From Candidatus Bathyarchaeia archaeon (GTDB lineage Archaea; Thermoproteota; Bathyarchaeia; Bathyarchaeales; Bathycorpusculaceae): DNA of 64,000 nucleotides. This document shows, one piece after another, positions 29,537 to 39,233 of the stretch. Under the pieces are notes generated by a model. The model made no database searches. It was not told the DNA's origin and saw only the letters and a program-made list of their open reading frames with translations. The stretch is taken from assembly GCA_038883655.1 (NCBI GenBank), contig JAVZLQ010000003.1:32001-96000 (forward strand). Direction: 5' to 3'. Numbering within the stretch: the first letter of the stretch is position 1; every line of letters begins with the position of its first letter. The position numbers and the translations under genes were made by a program.

Positions 29537-29950
29537 ATGGTGAACTACGCCAGAAAAGTTAACCTTGTAAAACCACTGGAAGTTGATAAAATCGCCATAA
29601 CCAGAGACAAGTACTTTGTTGACGCTTATATGATTGATTTACCACTCGACGCGGCGCCGGACCATGTTTGGCAAGACATATTTGAACGGGAATGGAGATC
29701 TAGTAGACATCTTTGGGATAGAAAGCTCTTCGTTTTAGGTGACAGGCTTAGATTGATAACGTCTATCGACGATTTCGAAGAGAAACTCAACTGGGTTAAA
29801 CAAGTTATAGAGCGAACAAACATGCTTGTTGACGAATACGACAGAGAGGCACAAACGCGCGTGGCTCTCATAGAAAGAGATAGAGAGGTTTTGGAAGATA
29901 AGGCGCATATCGAAATGATTAAAAGCATGCTGCGAAAAGTCTTCGGTTAA
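29537..29950 (+). CDS. Hypothetical protein inserted in the exosome superoperon
   Basis: Clean ORF with its own TTTTAA promoter-like element upstream. Confidence 0.7.
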   Translation: MVNYARKVNLVKPLEVDKIAITRDKYFVDAYMIDLPLDAAPDHVWQDIFEREWRSSRHLWDRKLFVLGDRLRLITSIDDFEEKLNWVKQVIERTNMLVDEYDREAQTRVALIERDREVLEDKAHIEMIKSMLRKVFG

Positions 29951-29978
29951 CCGCTTCAATTGCTCAACGGTTTGCATT

Positions 29979-30230
29979 ATGACCTCGCGTGCCAAATGCA
30001 AAATTAGATTTAAGAATGAAAGTATTCTACAAGCAATTTTTGAAGCCTTGAAGCCTGAAATGCAAAAGCCACACACGTCCCGCTCAAGGACTACTGTAGA
30101 AGTTGAAGAGGATTGCTTAATTTTGAAAATTGAAGCAAGAGATACCGCGGCTTTACGGGCGGCATTAAATGCTTATTTGAGGTGGATAAATTCGATGTCG
30201 AACGTTTTAGAATCTCTAAAATTGAAATGA
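29979..30230 (+). CDS. pcc1: KEOPS complex subunit Pcc1
   Basis: AL.PE...RS and D..ALRAALNAYLRWI. Confidence 0.92.
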   Translation: MTSRAKCKIRFKNESILQAIFEALKPEMQKPHTSRSRTTVEVEEDCLILKIEARDTAALRAALNAYLRWINSMSNVLESLKLK

Positions 30231-30329
30231 TCTAATGTTTCAGTTAAAACTCTAAACGCTTTTGAAGCTATGCTTAGAAAATGTTAATTAGGAGCTAAGT
30301 TTATTGCTGTGCAGATGGAAGTGTAAAAC

Positions 30330-30707
30330 GTGAGTGAAGAAATTTCAAGGCTTCCGCCCCACGTTCAAGAGCGTCTCTTAAGGCTTCAACAGTTACAGCA
30401 AACTCTTCAATCGGTTTTGGCGCAAAAACAACAAGTTGAACTTGAACTTACAGAAATTGAACAAGCACTAAGCGAACTGCAGAAAACGGCGGATGATGCT
30501 GTAATTTATAGGGCAATCGGCACACTTTTGGTAAAAGCTGAAAAGGGAAAGGTCATGGCAGATCTAAATGAAAGAAAAGAGCTGCTCAACACACGCGCCA
30601 CAGTTTTGGGCAAACAAGAAGAACGTTTACGCAGCCAACTAAAAGATTTACAAGCCAAACTTCAACAAGACTTGAGTCCAGTTTCTCCATCATCACCCCC
30701 GCCGTAA
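30330..30707 (+). CDS. pfdB: Prefoldin beta subunit
   Basis: LPP.VQ..L..LQQLQQ and IYRAIG.LLV coiled coil. Confidence 0.95.
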   Translation: MSEEISRLPPHVQERLLRLQQLQQTLQSVLAQKQQVELELTEIEQALSELQKTADDAVIYRAIGTLLVKAEKGKVMADLNERKELLNTRATVLGKQEERLRSQLKDLQAKLQQDLSPVSPSSPPP

Positions 30708-30710
30708 AAT

Positions 30711-31025
30711 TTGGGTGAAAACGTGGAAGAACCGGGCATTCCAGAGCTAACAGACGAGCAGATGGAAGAATTATGCTCGGTGGCAGAAGAAGCTGCTAGG
30801 AAGTATGTACTTTCAAAGCTTCCTTCAAAAGGAATAAAAATGTTAAATGTAAGCGCCGAGGCTGAAGGAACAAAGCCCTTAACGTTGACCGTTGACGTCG
30901 ACATCACATTGACGAAAATCATGAAGGATTATAATGCGCAGAGCCTCGTGGATGAGGCTGTGAAAGAGGCGTTTAGGGCTGCAGAGGAATATTTGAGGAA
31001 ACTCAAATGCCATTCGAAGAAATAA
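30711..31025 (+). CDS. DUF3194-like protein
   Basis: Size, GIPELT..E....AEEAAR motif and position after pfdB. Confidence 0.7.
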   Translation: MGENVEEPGIPELTDEQMEELCSVAEEAARKYVLSKLPSKGIKMLNVSAEAEGTKPLTLTVDVDITLTKIMKDYNAQSLVDEAVKEAFRAAEEYLRKLKCHSKK

Positions 31026-32002
31026 CAAGAGTTTTAGAAGAGGCAAACGCGAAATTTGTACTTTTACTATGCCATCATAATGCGGATCCAGACGCAATAT
31101 GCTCAGCCTACGCCCTTTCAAGCCTATTAAAACGTTTAAAACCAAACTTGGAAGTTGAAATAGGCGCATCCCAAGGAATAAGCAGACTTTCAAAACATCT
31201 TCTGAAAAGTTTACCAATAGAAGTAAACATACAACCAAACGTTGAAAAGGCTGAGTCCATCATACTTCTCGATACAAACACCATCCAGCAGCTAAACAAT
31301 TTAGCGGACAAAGTGAAAAACTCTGGGGCGCCAATAATAGTTATAGACCACCACGCAACCCATCCGGAAACGCAGAAAATAGCGAAAGCATGCATAACAA
31401 ATGAGGAGGCATCATCAACATGCGAGATAATTTATGGTTTTTTTAAGGAGTTGGGTGTAAAGGTAAATGTAGATGAGGCTAAGGCTCTTTTTCTTGGAAT
31501 AGCCTTTGACACGCGCCACTTCGTGCTGGCAAACTCTTCAACATTAAAAAGTGTAGCAGAGTTGGTTGATGCTGGAGTAAACGCGCGTGAAGCGCTTTCA
31601 ATACTTGCCCTTCCAATGGACTTTTCAGAACGCGTGGCAAGACTTAAGGCTTGTAGGAGGGCAAAACTCTTTAAAATTGGGGAATGGATCATCGCGTTTT
31701 CGCATGTTAGCGCCTACCAAGCATCAGCGGCAAGAGCCATAATAGACTTGGGCGCTCACGTTGCAGTTGTCGCCGGACAAAAGAATGAAAGCATAGAAAT
31801 CAGCTTGAGATGTACCAATGAATTTGTAGAAAAGACGCATATACATTTGGGAAGAGACATAGCCAAACCTCTCGGAGAACAACTTAACGGGATGGGTGGA
31901 GGACATGCTACAGCTGCTGGAGTGAACGGCGTCGGCGATATTGAAACCGGGCTTAAGAAGTGTTTGCGCCTTTTAAAGGAGCATTTGGCAAAACAAAATT
32001 AA
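31007..32002 (+). CDS. DHH family phosphoesterase
   Basis: H.NADPDA, IDHH and GGGH..AAG. Confidence 0.92.
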   Translation: MPFEEITRVLEEANAKFVLLLCHHNADPDAICSAYALSSLLKRLKPNLEVEIGASQGISRLSKHLLKSLPIEVNIQPNVEKAESIILLDTNTIQQLNNLADKVKNSGAPIIVIDHHATHPETQKIAKACITNEEASSTCEIIYGFFKELGVKVNVDEAKALFLGIAFDTRHFVLANSSTLKSVAELVDAGVNAREALSILALPMDFSERVARLKACRRAKLFKIGEWIIAFSHVSAYQASAARAIIDLGAHVAVVAGQKNESIEISLRCTNEFVEKTHIHLGRDIAKPLGEQLNGMGGGHATAAGVNGVGDIETGLKKCLRLLKEHLAKQN

Positions 32003-32056
32003 GTAGCTACTCTTAAATGAGACAAAATTTTGCTACATAAGAGTGGAAAAGAGAGC

Positions 32057-32908
32057 ATGGCGATAATCGAAACAAAAGCTCTAACATACTCATATCCGGG
32101 AACGACAAAGCCTTCAATTAGTGATATCTCCATCAAAATAGAGAAGGGCGAATTCGTATTAATAACAGGTCCAAGTGGTTGCGGAAAAACAACACTGTGC
32201 AGATGCTTCAACGGGTTAATCCCGCACTTTTATCAAGGAACACTAGAAGGCGAGATTACCGTAGCAGGGCTTAAGGTTTCAGAGAACCCAACTTACGAAC
32301 TAGCGAAGCACGTTGGGCTTGTATTCCAAAACCCAGAAAACCAGCTCTTTGCGTTATCAGTGGAGAAAGACGTAGCCTTTGGACTCGAAAATCTTGGAGT
32401 TTCAAGGGATGAAATACGCAGAAGAGTTGACTGGGCTTTAGAGTTAACGGGCATATACGACTTAAGGGATAGACCGCCACACGAGCTTTCAGGCGGGCAA
32501 CAACAACGCGTTGCCATAGCGTCAGTCTTGGCCATGCAACCAGAAGTTATGGTTTTAGACGAGCCAACATCATTCCTCGACCCCTTAAGTGCAAAGAAAA
32601 TATTTGAAGTAATTTACGATTTGAACAGAAAACTGGGAATAACCGTAATTCTCGTTGAACACAGGTTGGATTTGACAGCGGCTTACGCCAACCACATCAT
32701 AGTGATGGATGATGGAAAAGTGGTTTTAGATGGCGATCCGCGCGAAATTTTGAGTCTACAAGAAACGCGTCTAATTGGAATAGGAATTCCAAAGGCAACA
32801 AGGCTTTACCACATGCTCAGAAACGATGGCGTAACACTTGGCAACACTATTCCGCTGTCGTCGGAGGAAATGGCAAACATGCTGAGGGGGGTTTTGAAGC
32901 GCAAATGA
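32057..32908 (+). CDS. ECF transporter ATPase (EcfA)
   Basis: GPSGCGKT, FQNPENQ, LSGGQ and LDEPTS. Confidence 0.93.
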   Translation: MAIIETKALTYSYPGTTKPSISDISIKIEKGEFVLITGPSGCGKTTLCRCFNGLIPHFYQGTLEGEITVAGLKVSENPTYELAKHVGLVFQNPENQLFALSVEKDVAFGLENLGVSRDEIRRRVDWALELTGIYDLRDRPPHELSGGQQQRVAIASVLAMQPEVMVLDEPTSFLDPLSAKKIFEVIYDLNRKLGITVILVEHRLDLTAAYANHIIVMDDGKVVLDGDPREILSLQETRLIGIGIPKATRLYHMLRNDGVTLGNTIPLSSEEMANMLRGVLKRK

Positions 32909-33729
32909 TCGAAGTCGAGGATGTCTATTTCACATATCCAAACGGCGTGGAAGCCCTAAAGGGAGTATCACTAACGATAGAGAATGGAGAATTCGTGGCA
33001 ATAATGGGACAAAACGGGGCTGGAAAAACAACCCTGGTCAAGCACTTTAACGGACTACTAAAACCCACAAAGGGTAGAGTGCTCGTTGATGGAGTTGAAA
33101 CAACAAAAGTGAGCGTGGCAACACTGGCCAGAAACGTTGGATTTGTATTCCAAAACCCAGACCATCAACTCTTCAGCGAAACAGTCGAAGAAGAAATAGC
33201 CTTCGCACTGCGAAACTTTGGGTTTAAAGAAAACATAATAAAGAGACGCGTTACATGGGCGCTAAACCTTCTGGGCTTAACACAATACAGAAAAACCTCA
33301 CCGTTCATGCTGAGCGGAGGCGAAAGAAAACGTGTGGCATTAGCCTCCGTCTTGGCTTGGAACCCAAAAATACTCATTTTAGACGAGCCAACAATAGGAC
33401 AGGACTATCAGCAAAAGGAAAGACTTCGACAATTCATAATGCAAATGAAGACTCAGCGAAAAACAGTCGTAGTAGTCACACATGACGTCGAGTTTGTGGC
33501 AGAATGCAATCCAAGGGTCGTACTGATGCGAGAAGGAAAAATTGTTGCAGACGGTCCAGCAAGAGAGGTGTTGACAAATCAAGAGTTGTTAACTCAAGCA
33601 TCGATTGTTCCACCGCAGGTAACGCAGATATTTTTGCAGCTTTCAGATTTGGGATTAAAGAAGGATGTTATCGATATTTATGAAGCACGCGAGATCCTGC
33701 TCAACATTTTAGGGGGAAGAAAAACATGA
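32905..33729 (+). CDS. ECF transporter ATPase (EcfA')
   Basis: GQNGAGKT, FQNPDHQ and LSGGE. Confidence 0.93.
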   Translation: MIEVEDVYFTYPNGVEALKGVSLTIENGEFVAIMGQNGAGKTTLVKHFNGLLKPTKGRVLVDGVETTKVSVATLARNVGFVFQNPDHQLFSETVEEEIAFALRNFGFKENIIKRRVTWALNLLGLTQYRKTSPFMLSGGERKRVALASVLAWNPKILILDEPTIGQDYQQKERLRQFIMQMKTQRKTVVVVTHDVEFVAECNPRVVLMREGKIVADGPAREVLTNQELLTQASIVPPQVTQIFLQLSDLGLKKDVIDIYEAREILLNILGGRKT

Positions 33730-34514
33730 GTGTATTTGATGGCTTAAAGTTTAGGAAGGTTCACTCGCCAATCCACGATTTAGACCCCAGAATAAAATTC
33801 ACTTACGTATGTGCAATATTTGTGATAGCAATAATTTTTGGAGAACTTATCCCACTCATGGTGCTGTTTGTTATGCAAATTCCCTTCGTCCTACTAGCAA
33901 GAGTAAAACGTGAATGGATGCGCTCCATGCGTGGTGCAGCTTTCCTAGCAACAATAATTTTCCTAACAAATTTCGTGGTAACTTACTTTTTTACCCATTA
34001 CCCGCTGGCAGTAAGCCTAGAAAATGCCTCAGCATTGACATTGCGTTTTATAGTACTTGTCGAATCCTTCTCAATATTTTTCTTGACAACTTCGCCAGAC
34101 ACTTTAAGCCTAGCCCTTGAACAAACACATGTGCCATATGAGTTTACATTTGCCTTTACAACAGCGGTTCGCTTTGTTCCAGTGCTCGCCGAAGAAGCCC
34201 AAACAATAATGGATGCACAAAAGGCAAGAGGCTTGGAGCTTGAACGCGGAAACTTCCTAAAAAGAATTAGGAACTACATTCCAATATTGATACCGCTTCT
34301 AATAAGTGCCATAAGAAGAAGCCTTGAACTTGCAGAAGCCATGGAATCCCGAGCATGGGGAGCAACAAAAAAGCGTACAAACCTTTATGTTCTGAAAATG
34401 CGCAGTGAAGATTTTATTCTTCTAGCCCTAACCATTGGGATTTTAGCCGCAGCCATCTACATCCGCTTAACATTCACGATTCCTTCATTAAGCAAACTTT
34501 TAGGATTCATTTAA
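33726..34514 (+). CDS. ecfT: ECF transporter transmembrane component EcfT
   Basis: LDPRIK, RFVP, AQKARG and AMESRA coupling motifs. Confidence 0.93.
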   Translation: MSVFDGLKFRKVHSPIHDLDPRIKFTYVCAIFVIAIIFGELIPLMVLFVMQIPFVLLARVKREWMRSMRGAAFLATIIFLTNFVVTYFFTHYPLAVSLENASALTLRFIVLVESFSIFFLTTSPDTLSLALEQTHVPYEFTFAFTTAVRFVPVLAEEAQTIMDAQKARGLELERGNFLKRIRNYIPILIPLLISAIRRSLELAEAMESRAWGATKKRTNLYVLKMRSEDFILLALTIGILAAAIYIRLTFTIPSLSKLLGFI

Positions 34515-34545
34515 CCGCAAGACTTTTAATAGAGACACATTTGTA

Positions 34546-35169
34546 ATGGTTTTCTCGGAGCTGGAAAAATTGAAATGGTTAAAGGCGGCGGCAAACGAAA
34601 TAATTGCCGGAATAAAAAGCTCAATCGAAGAGCTAAACATGAAGGAAGTTGAAAGACTAATTGAGTTGCTTTTGGAAGCAAAAAACAAGAAAATATTCAT
34701 TGTTGGCATGGGAAGAAGCGGCTTCGTCGCAAGAGCCTTTGCACTACGCCTTATGAACCTTGGGTTCAACGTCTACTTTCTAGGCGAAACCATAACACCC
34801 GCGGCTGAGAAAGGCGACTTATTAATAGCCATTTCAGGAACAGGCTCAACAAAAATGGTCTTAACAGCCAGCGCAGCGGCGAAGGAAATAGGCGCAACAG
34901 TAATTGCCATAACATCGTTTCCCGAGTCTCAGCTTGGAAGGATGGCAGACCACATCGTAACTGTGAAGGGAAGAACGAAAACTGGGTGGCCGCGAGAAGA
35001 GGATTATTTGGCTAGGCAAATTATGGGCGAGAGGGAACCCCTAACTCCGCTTGGAAGCGTCTTCGAGAACAACTGTATGGTCTTTTTAGACAGCCTTGTC
35101 GTCGAATTGATGCATAGGATGGGACGGACGGAAGAGGATTTAAGACGTAGGCACGCAACAATAGAATAA
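34546..35169 (+). CDS. hxlB: 6-phospho-3-hexuloisomerase
   Basis: G.GRSG...FA.RL, GET.TP, SG.G.T, PLGS.FE and RH..IE. Confidence 0.92.
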   Translation: MVFSELEKLKWLKAAANEIIAGIKSSIEELNMKEVERLIELLLEAKNKKIFIVGMGRSGFVARAFALRLMNLGFNVYFLGETITPAAEKGDLLIAISGTGSTKMVLTASAAAKEIGATVIAITSFPESQLGRMADHIVTVKGRTKTGWPREEDYLARQIMGEREPLTPLGSVFENNCMVFLDSLVVELMHRMGRTEEDLRRRHATIE

Positions 35170-35195
35170 GCGTGTGCTTATGGAGCGTGTGGAAG

Positions 35196-35273
35196 ATACG
35201 GGCTAAATGGAAAAAGAAGAGGATGAAGAGGCAGAAGAAAAAGCGGCAGAAGAGAAGAGCGCGGTACAAGTAG
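35196..35273 (+). CDS. rpl41e: Ribosomal protein L41e (eL41/eS32), 25 aa, apparent ATA start
   Basis: Translates as (I/M)RAKWKKKRMKRQKKKRQKRRARYK*, matching the eL41 pattern [21 protein letters not shown]; not in the ORF track. Confidence 0.88.
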   Translation: MRAKWKKKRMKRQKKKRQKRRARYK

Positions 35274-35436
35274 GGCTTATTTTTAAGGTCTTCTTTTGTT
35301 CTGGATTTAATTTTGTTTAGGTTTTGTTTGTTTTAGTGTTAAGCTGGGTAAGGATTAGGCATGCATATAGCTTATTAAGACTTACTACAAACTATATTTG
35401 GAGGAAACTACACCACACTCTAAAAGGGAAGGTGTA

Positions 35437-36999
35437 ATGCCAAGAAAACCAAAGACCACAGAGCAAACCGAACAAGCAGAAGTAGGTATAATAATAAAGG
35501 AGGAAAGACCAAAAAAACCAACGACGTTCAGGGAAGTTTACCCAATAAAAGAACCATATGTTTATGCAGCTATAGTCAAAAACCCGGAAACCCAAAAAAT
35601 AATGTATGAGGTTATAGAACCAACGCTGCAAAAAGAGGAGGAACAAAAACTACAAGAAATAAAGCGGTTTTTGATGGAAGAGGTTGACGTAAACCTAAAA
35701 GACATAGAAACAAGAGAAAAGGCGGAAAACTACCTAATAGCGAAAACGAAAGAAATAATCAAAAAGTATCGCCTAAAAGTTCCGCAGGAAGCAATAGACA
35801 AACTCACATACTACATTGTAAGGGATTTCGTAGGTTATGGAAAAATAGACCCATTAATGAAAGACCACCTTATAGAGGATATATCGGCAGACGGCGTAAA
35901 CATACCAATATACGTTTGGCACAGAGTTTACGAGTCCTTGCCAACAAACATAATATTCGGGGATGAAGCAGAACTAAACTCATTCATAGTACGCCTCGCA
36001 TACCTCTCTGGAAAAAACATATCAATAGCATCGCCGATTCTTGACGCCTCGCTTCCAGACGGCAGCAGAATACAACTAACTTATGGAAACGAGGTTACGC
36101 GTAGAGGCTCAACATTCACAATTCGACGTTTCAGAGTCGACCCACTAACAATCTCAGACTTAATCGCCTTCAACACAATCTCCTCAGAGATGGCTGCCTA
36201 CCTCTGGTACATAATAGAAAACAGAGCATCAATAATTGTGGCTGGAGGGGTCGCAGCTGGAAAAACGACAATGCTGAACTGCCTCTCGATGTTCATAAAG
36301 CCAGAAATGAAAATAGTAAGCGTAGAAGACACGCAAGAGCTTAACCTACCACACGAAAACTGGATACCCTCAGTCGTACGCCTAGGATTTGGACATGAAG
36401 ACAAACGAAGCGGCACAATAACACTTTTTGACTTGTTAAAAGCGGCTGTTAGGCAAAGACCAGACTACATAATAGTGGGTGAAGTCCGCGGTGAAGAAGC
36501 CTACACGCTTTTTCAGGCCATGGCAACTGGACACTTAGGAATGAGTACAATACACGCTGAGTCTGTTGAAGCCGTGATAAATAGGCTTGAATCCGAACCG
36601 ATGAATATTCCCAAGTCGCTTATAGCCATGACAGACGTCATAATGGTTATGACCAGAACAGAAATCGAAGGAAGACCAGCCAGAAGGGCAACGACAACAA
36701 CAGAAGTCGTCGAGTTTGACCGCAAAAAGAAAAGTATTGTAACCGAGGATGTTTTTCGCTGGAATCCACATGAGGATAAATTCGTCTTTTCTGGTCGCAG
36801 TATGCTTTTAGAGGAGCACATGCACAAAATGGGCGTAAGTGAGGATGATGTTAGACGCGAACTGCATAGAAGAAAGACTGTCTTAGAATGGATGGTTCGC
36901 GAGGGAATAAGGCGCTACACAGACGTGGCAAATGTGATTCGCGAGTATTATGCAAATCCGAATCGCATCTTCCAGAAGGCAAGGGTCGGACTTAAATGA
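35437..36999 (+). CDS. Type IV pilus assembly ATPase (PilB/FlaI-like)
   Basis: GYGKIDPLM.D..IEDIS, GGVAAGKTT, EDT.EL, RQRPDYIIVGEVRG and TGH..ST.HA. Confidence 0.94.
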   Translation: MPRKPKTTEQTEQAEVGIIIKEERPKKPTTFREVYPIKEPYVYAAIVKNPETQKIMYEVIEPTLQKEEEQKLQEIKRFLMEEVDVNLKDIETREKAENYLIAKTKEIIKKYRLKVPQEAIDKLTYYIVRDFVGYGKIDPLMKDHLIEDISADGVNIPIYVWHRVYESLPTNIIFGDEAELNSFIVRLAYLSGKNISIASPILDASLPDGSRIQLTYGNEVTRRGSTFTIRRFRVDPLTISDLIAFNTISSEMAAYLWYIIENRASIIVAGGVAAGKTTMLNCLSMFIKPEMKIVSVEDTQELNLPHENWIPSVVRLGFGHEDKRSGTITLFDLLKAAVRQRPDYIIVGEVRGEEAYTLFQAMATGHLGMSTIHAESVEAVINRLESEPMNIPKSLIAMTDVIMVMTRTEIEGRPARRATTTTEVVEFDRKKKSIVTEDVFRWNPHEDKFVFSGRSMLLEEHMHKMGVSEDDVRRELHRRKTVLEWMVREGIRRYTDVANVIREYYANPNRIFQKARVGLK

Positions 37000-37982
37000 G
37001 CACAAGCAAGGTTATAGAAAAAATTAAGCAATTTTGCACACACTTAAGAATGCTTTTTAAAAACTCCACAAGCGAAAAATCTGTGGCCAAGCCCGACGAG
37101 CCGCAGAAAATAGAGTTTTATTCGATGGCATACAAGTTTATTGGAGAAAAAATTGAGCAATTATTGCCGCTTTTCAAAGATTTAGACCTGAATTTGCAAA
37201 AGTCTGGGATTAGAGTAAGCTTCAAAGCCTACGTTAGTTTAACAATTTTTACGGCAATTCTGCTACCAGTGGTTGCATTAGCGATAATTCCGTCGATACT
37301 TTTCTTCGGTTTTAGGGTTCCGCTAATACCTTCGTTCATGTTCGGTGTTGGCGGGGGACTATTTGCTTGTGCCTTTTCTATAATTGGCTTTTACGTTTAC
37401 CCGGTTTACCGTGCAGACAAGATTAAGAGAGATTTGGAGGACGAGTTGCCGTTTACAACTGGTTATATGGCGATTCTCTCAAGTGCGGGCGTTTCTCCAG
37501 AAAAAATTTTCTATTCACTTTCAAACTTGAACCCGCCACTGGCAATAACAAGCGAAGCGAAAAACATCGTCAGAAACATAAACCTATTCGGTTTAGACGT
37601 TATTTCCGCCCTTGAAGAAACTTCTAGGCTAACGCCATCTGAAAGGTTCCGCGAAATGCTTGAAGGCTTCATTTCAACAATACATTCTGGCGGCAATTTG
37701 GCGCGTTTCCTCCGCGAAAAATCCATGCAGTACATGAAGCTAAAGAGGATTAGCCTACGCAAATTTTCAGACACGCTATCAATCCTTTCAGAGTTTTATG
37801 TGGCTTTGCTTGTGACTGGACCACTGCTTTTGGTTATTATGCTTGCGGTTATGAGCATGCTCGGCGGAGGATTAGGCGCGTTAGGTCCAGACATTCTGCT
37901 TAACATCTTAACTTACATTGGAATACCCTTGGGCTCCATAATGTTCCTGATAATTTTGGATGCTGTATCACCTAAATGGTAG
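36996..37982 (+). CDS. Type IV pilus membrane platform protein (TadC/FlaJ-like)
   Basis: ELPF...YM..LS.AG, TPS..F and SGG.L; in operon with the ATPase. Confidence 0.9.
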   Translation: MSTSKVIEKIKQFCTHLRMLFKNSTSEKSVAKPDEPQKIEFYSMAYKFIGEKIEQLLPLFKDLDLNLQKSGIRVSFKAYVSLTIFTAILLPVVALAIIPSILFFGFRVPLIPSFMFGVGGGLFACAFSIIGFYVYPVYRADKIKRDLEDELPFTTGYMAILSSAGVSPEKIFYSLSNLNPPLAITSEAKNIVRNINLFGLDVISALEETSRLTPSERFREMLEGFISTIHSGGNLARFLREKSMQYMKLKRISLRKFSDTLSILSEFYVALLVTGPLLLVIMLAVMSMLGGGLGALGPDILLNILTYIGIPLGSIMFLIILDAVSPKW

Positions 37983-37988
37983 AGGAAA

Positions 37989-38804
37989 ATGCCAAAAATA
38001 AGCGCACAAGATAAAAAGTTGACGTGGGCGACCTCAATTTTAATAGCTGCTGCCATGGTTGTTTTTGCATTTTTCAACTTCTGGGGAGCAAGAACGTTTG
38101 ACGAGTTCATGTTCTTCGCCTTGATAATTGGTATTTTTCCACCAGCAATCTTGAATTACATCGAGTTTAAATGGAGAAAAGCCATAGATGAGCATCTGCC
38201 AGACCTTTTCAGAAGCATAGTTCAAGCTCAAGAAACGGGAATGACGCTCCCACAAGCCTTGGAAGAAGCATCAAAAAGAAACTATGGGCCGCTGACAAGC
38301 GAGTTGAAGAAGATGACGACGCAGATTTCCTGGGGCATGACCTTTGAAGAGGCCCTTTTAGCCTTGGGGAAACGCGTTAACACCGTGCTTGTGCAGAGAA
38401 CAGTGCCACTTATAATTGAGGCAAGCCGTTCTGGCGGGCATGTGGAAAAGGTTTTTGAACCAACCGGCAAATTCATACAGACAACACTCTTATTGGATAA
38501 AGAGAGACGGAACCAGACGCGCCCCTACATTGCAATAATTTATGTAGCCTACTTCGTCTTCCTCTTCACGGTAATACTCCTCTTCAAGTCATTCTTCGCA
38601 AGTATAGAGGGGCTGCCAACACTTGGAACTGCCGTAATAGCTCCAGAAGAGATGAAGCGCCTATTCTTCCACATGACGGTGGTCCAAGCACTGTTCGGGG
38701 GGCTCATCGCTGGAAAGATGGGTGAAGGCGCGGTAAGCGCGGGCTTAAAACACAGCCTAATAATGATGATCAGCGGCTACTTGGCCCTAAAACTTTTCCT
38801 TTGA
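37989..38804 (+). CDS. Second type IV pilus platform protein (TadC-like)
   Basis: LPDLFR......GM.L..AL and GL.AGKM.EG....GLKH. Confidence 0.9.
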   Translation: MPKISAQDKKLTWATSILIAAAMVVFAFFNFWGARTFDEFMFFALIIGIFPPAILNYIEFKWRKAIDEHLPDLFRSIVQAQETGMTLPQALEEASKRNYGPLTSELKKMTTQISWGMTFEEALLALGKRVNTVLVQRTVPLIIEASRSGGHVEKVFEPTGKFIQTTLLLDKERRNQTRPYIAIIYVAYFVFLFTVILLFKSFFASIEGLPTLGTAVIAPEEMKRLFFHMTVVQALFGGLIAGKMGEGAVSAGLKHSLIMMISGYLALKLFL

Positions 38805-38813
38805 GGTGAAAGC

Positions 38814-39233
38814 ATGGCGAATAAAAGAGGGTTTTTTGAGGATAAAAAGGCTATAACTCCGGTGCTCAGCAACCTTTTACTAACAGTTGTGGCAGTGGCA
38901 GCAATGGCAATCGCTACAACAGCCACATACGTGATCACAACAAACCTTCGTGAAACAATTGGTGAACGTGTCATAGTAGAGGATGTTTGGTTTAACAATT
39001 CGACTGGCAGCATCCACATTTACATGCGAAACATCGGAAGAGTCGCCGTCGAAGTTTCGGGGCTATACATAAACCACACAGCACAGTCTTTCAGTCAGCC
39101 CTTCCGTTTAGAACTGGGCGAACATAAGTGGCTTAATATTTCAGGTTATGTTTGGACAAGTGGAAGCCTATACTATATAGACGTTGTTACAAAGAGGGGA
39201 ACTCACATTGCAGAGTATTACAAGGCACCTTGA
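38814..39233 (+). CDS. Archaeal type IV pilin
   Basis: Class III signal peptide KKA|ITPVLSNLLL; N.G and VVT.RG motifs. Confidence 0.88.
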   Translation: MANKRGFFEDKKAITPVLSNLLLTVVAVAAMAIATTATYVITTNLRETIGERVIVEDVWFNNSTGSIHIYMRNIGRVAVEVSGLYINHTAQSFSQPFRLELGEHKWLNISGYVWTSGSLYYIDVVTKRGTHIAEYYKAP

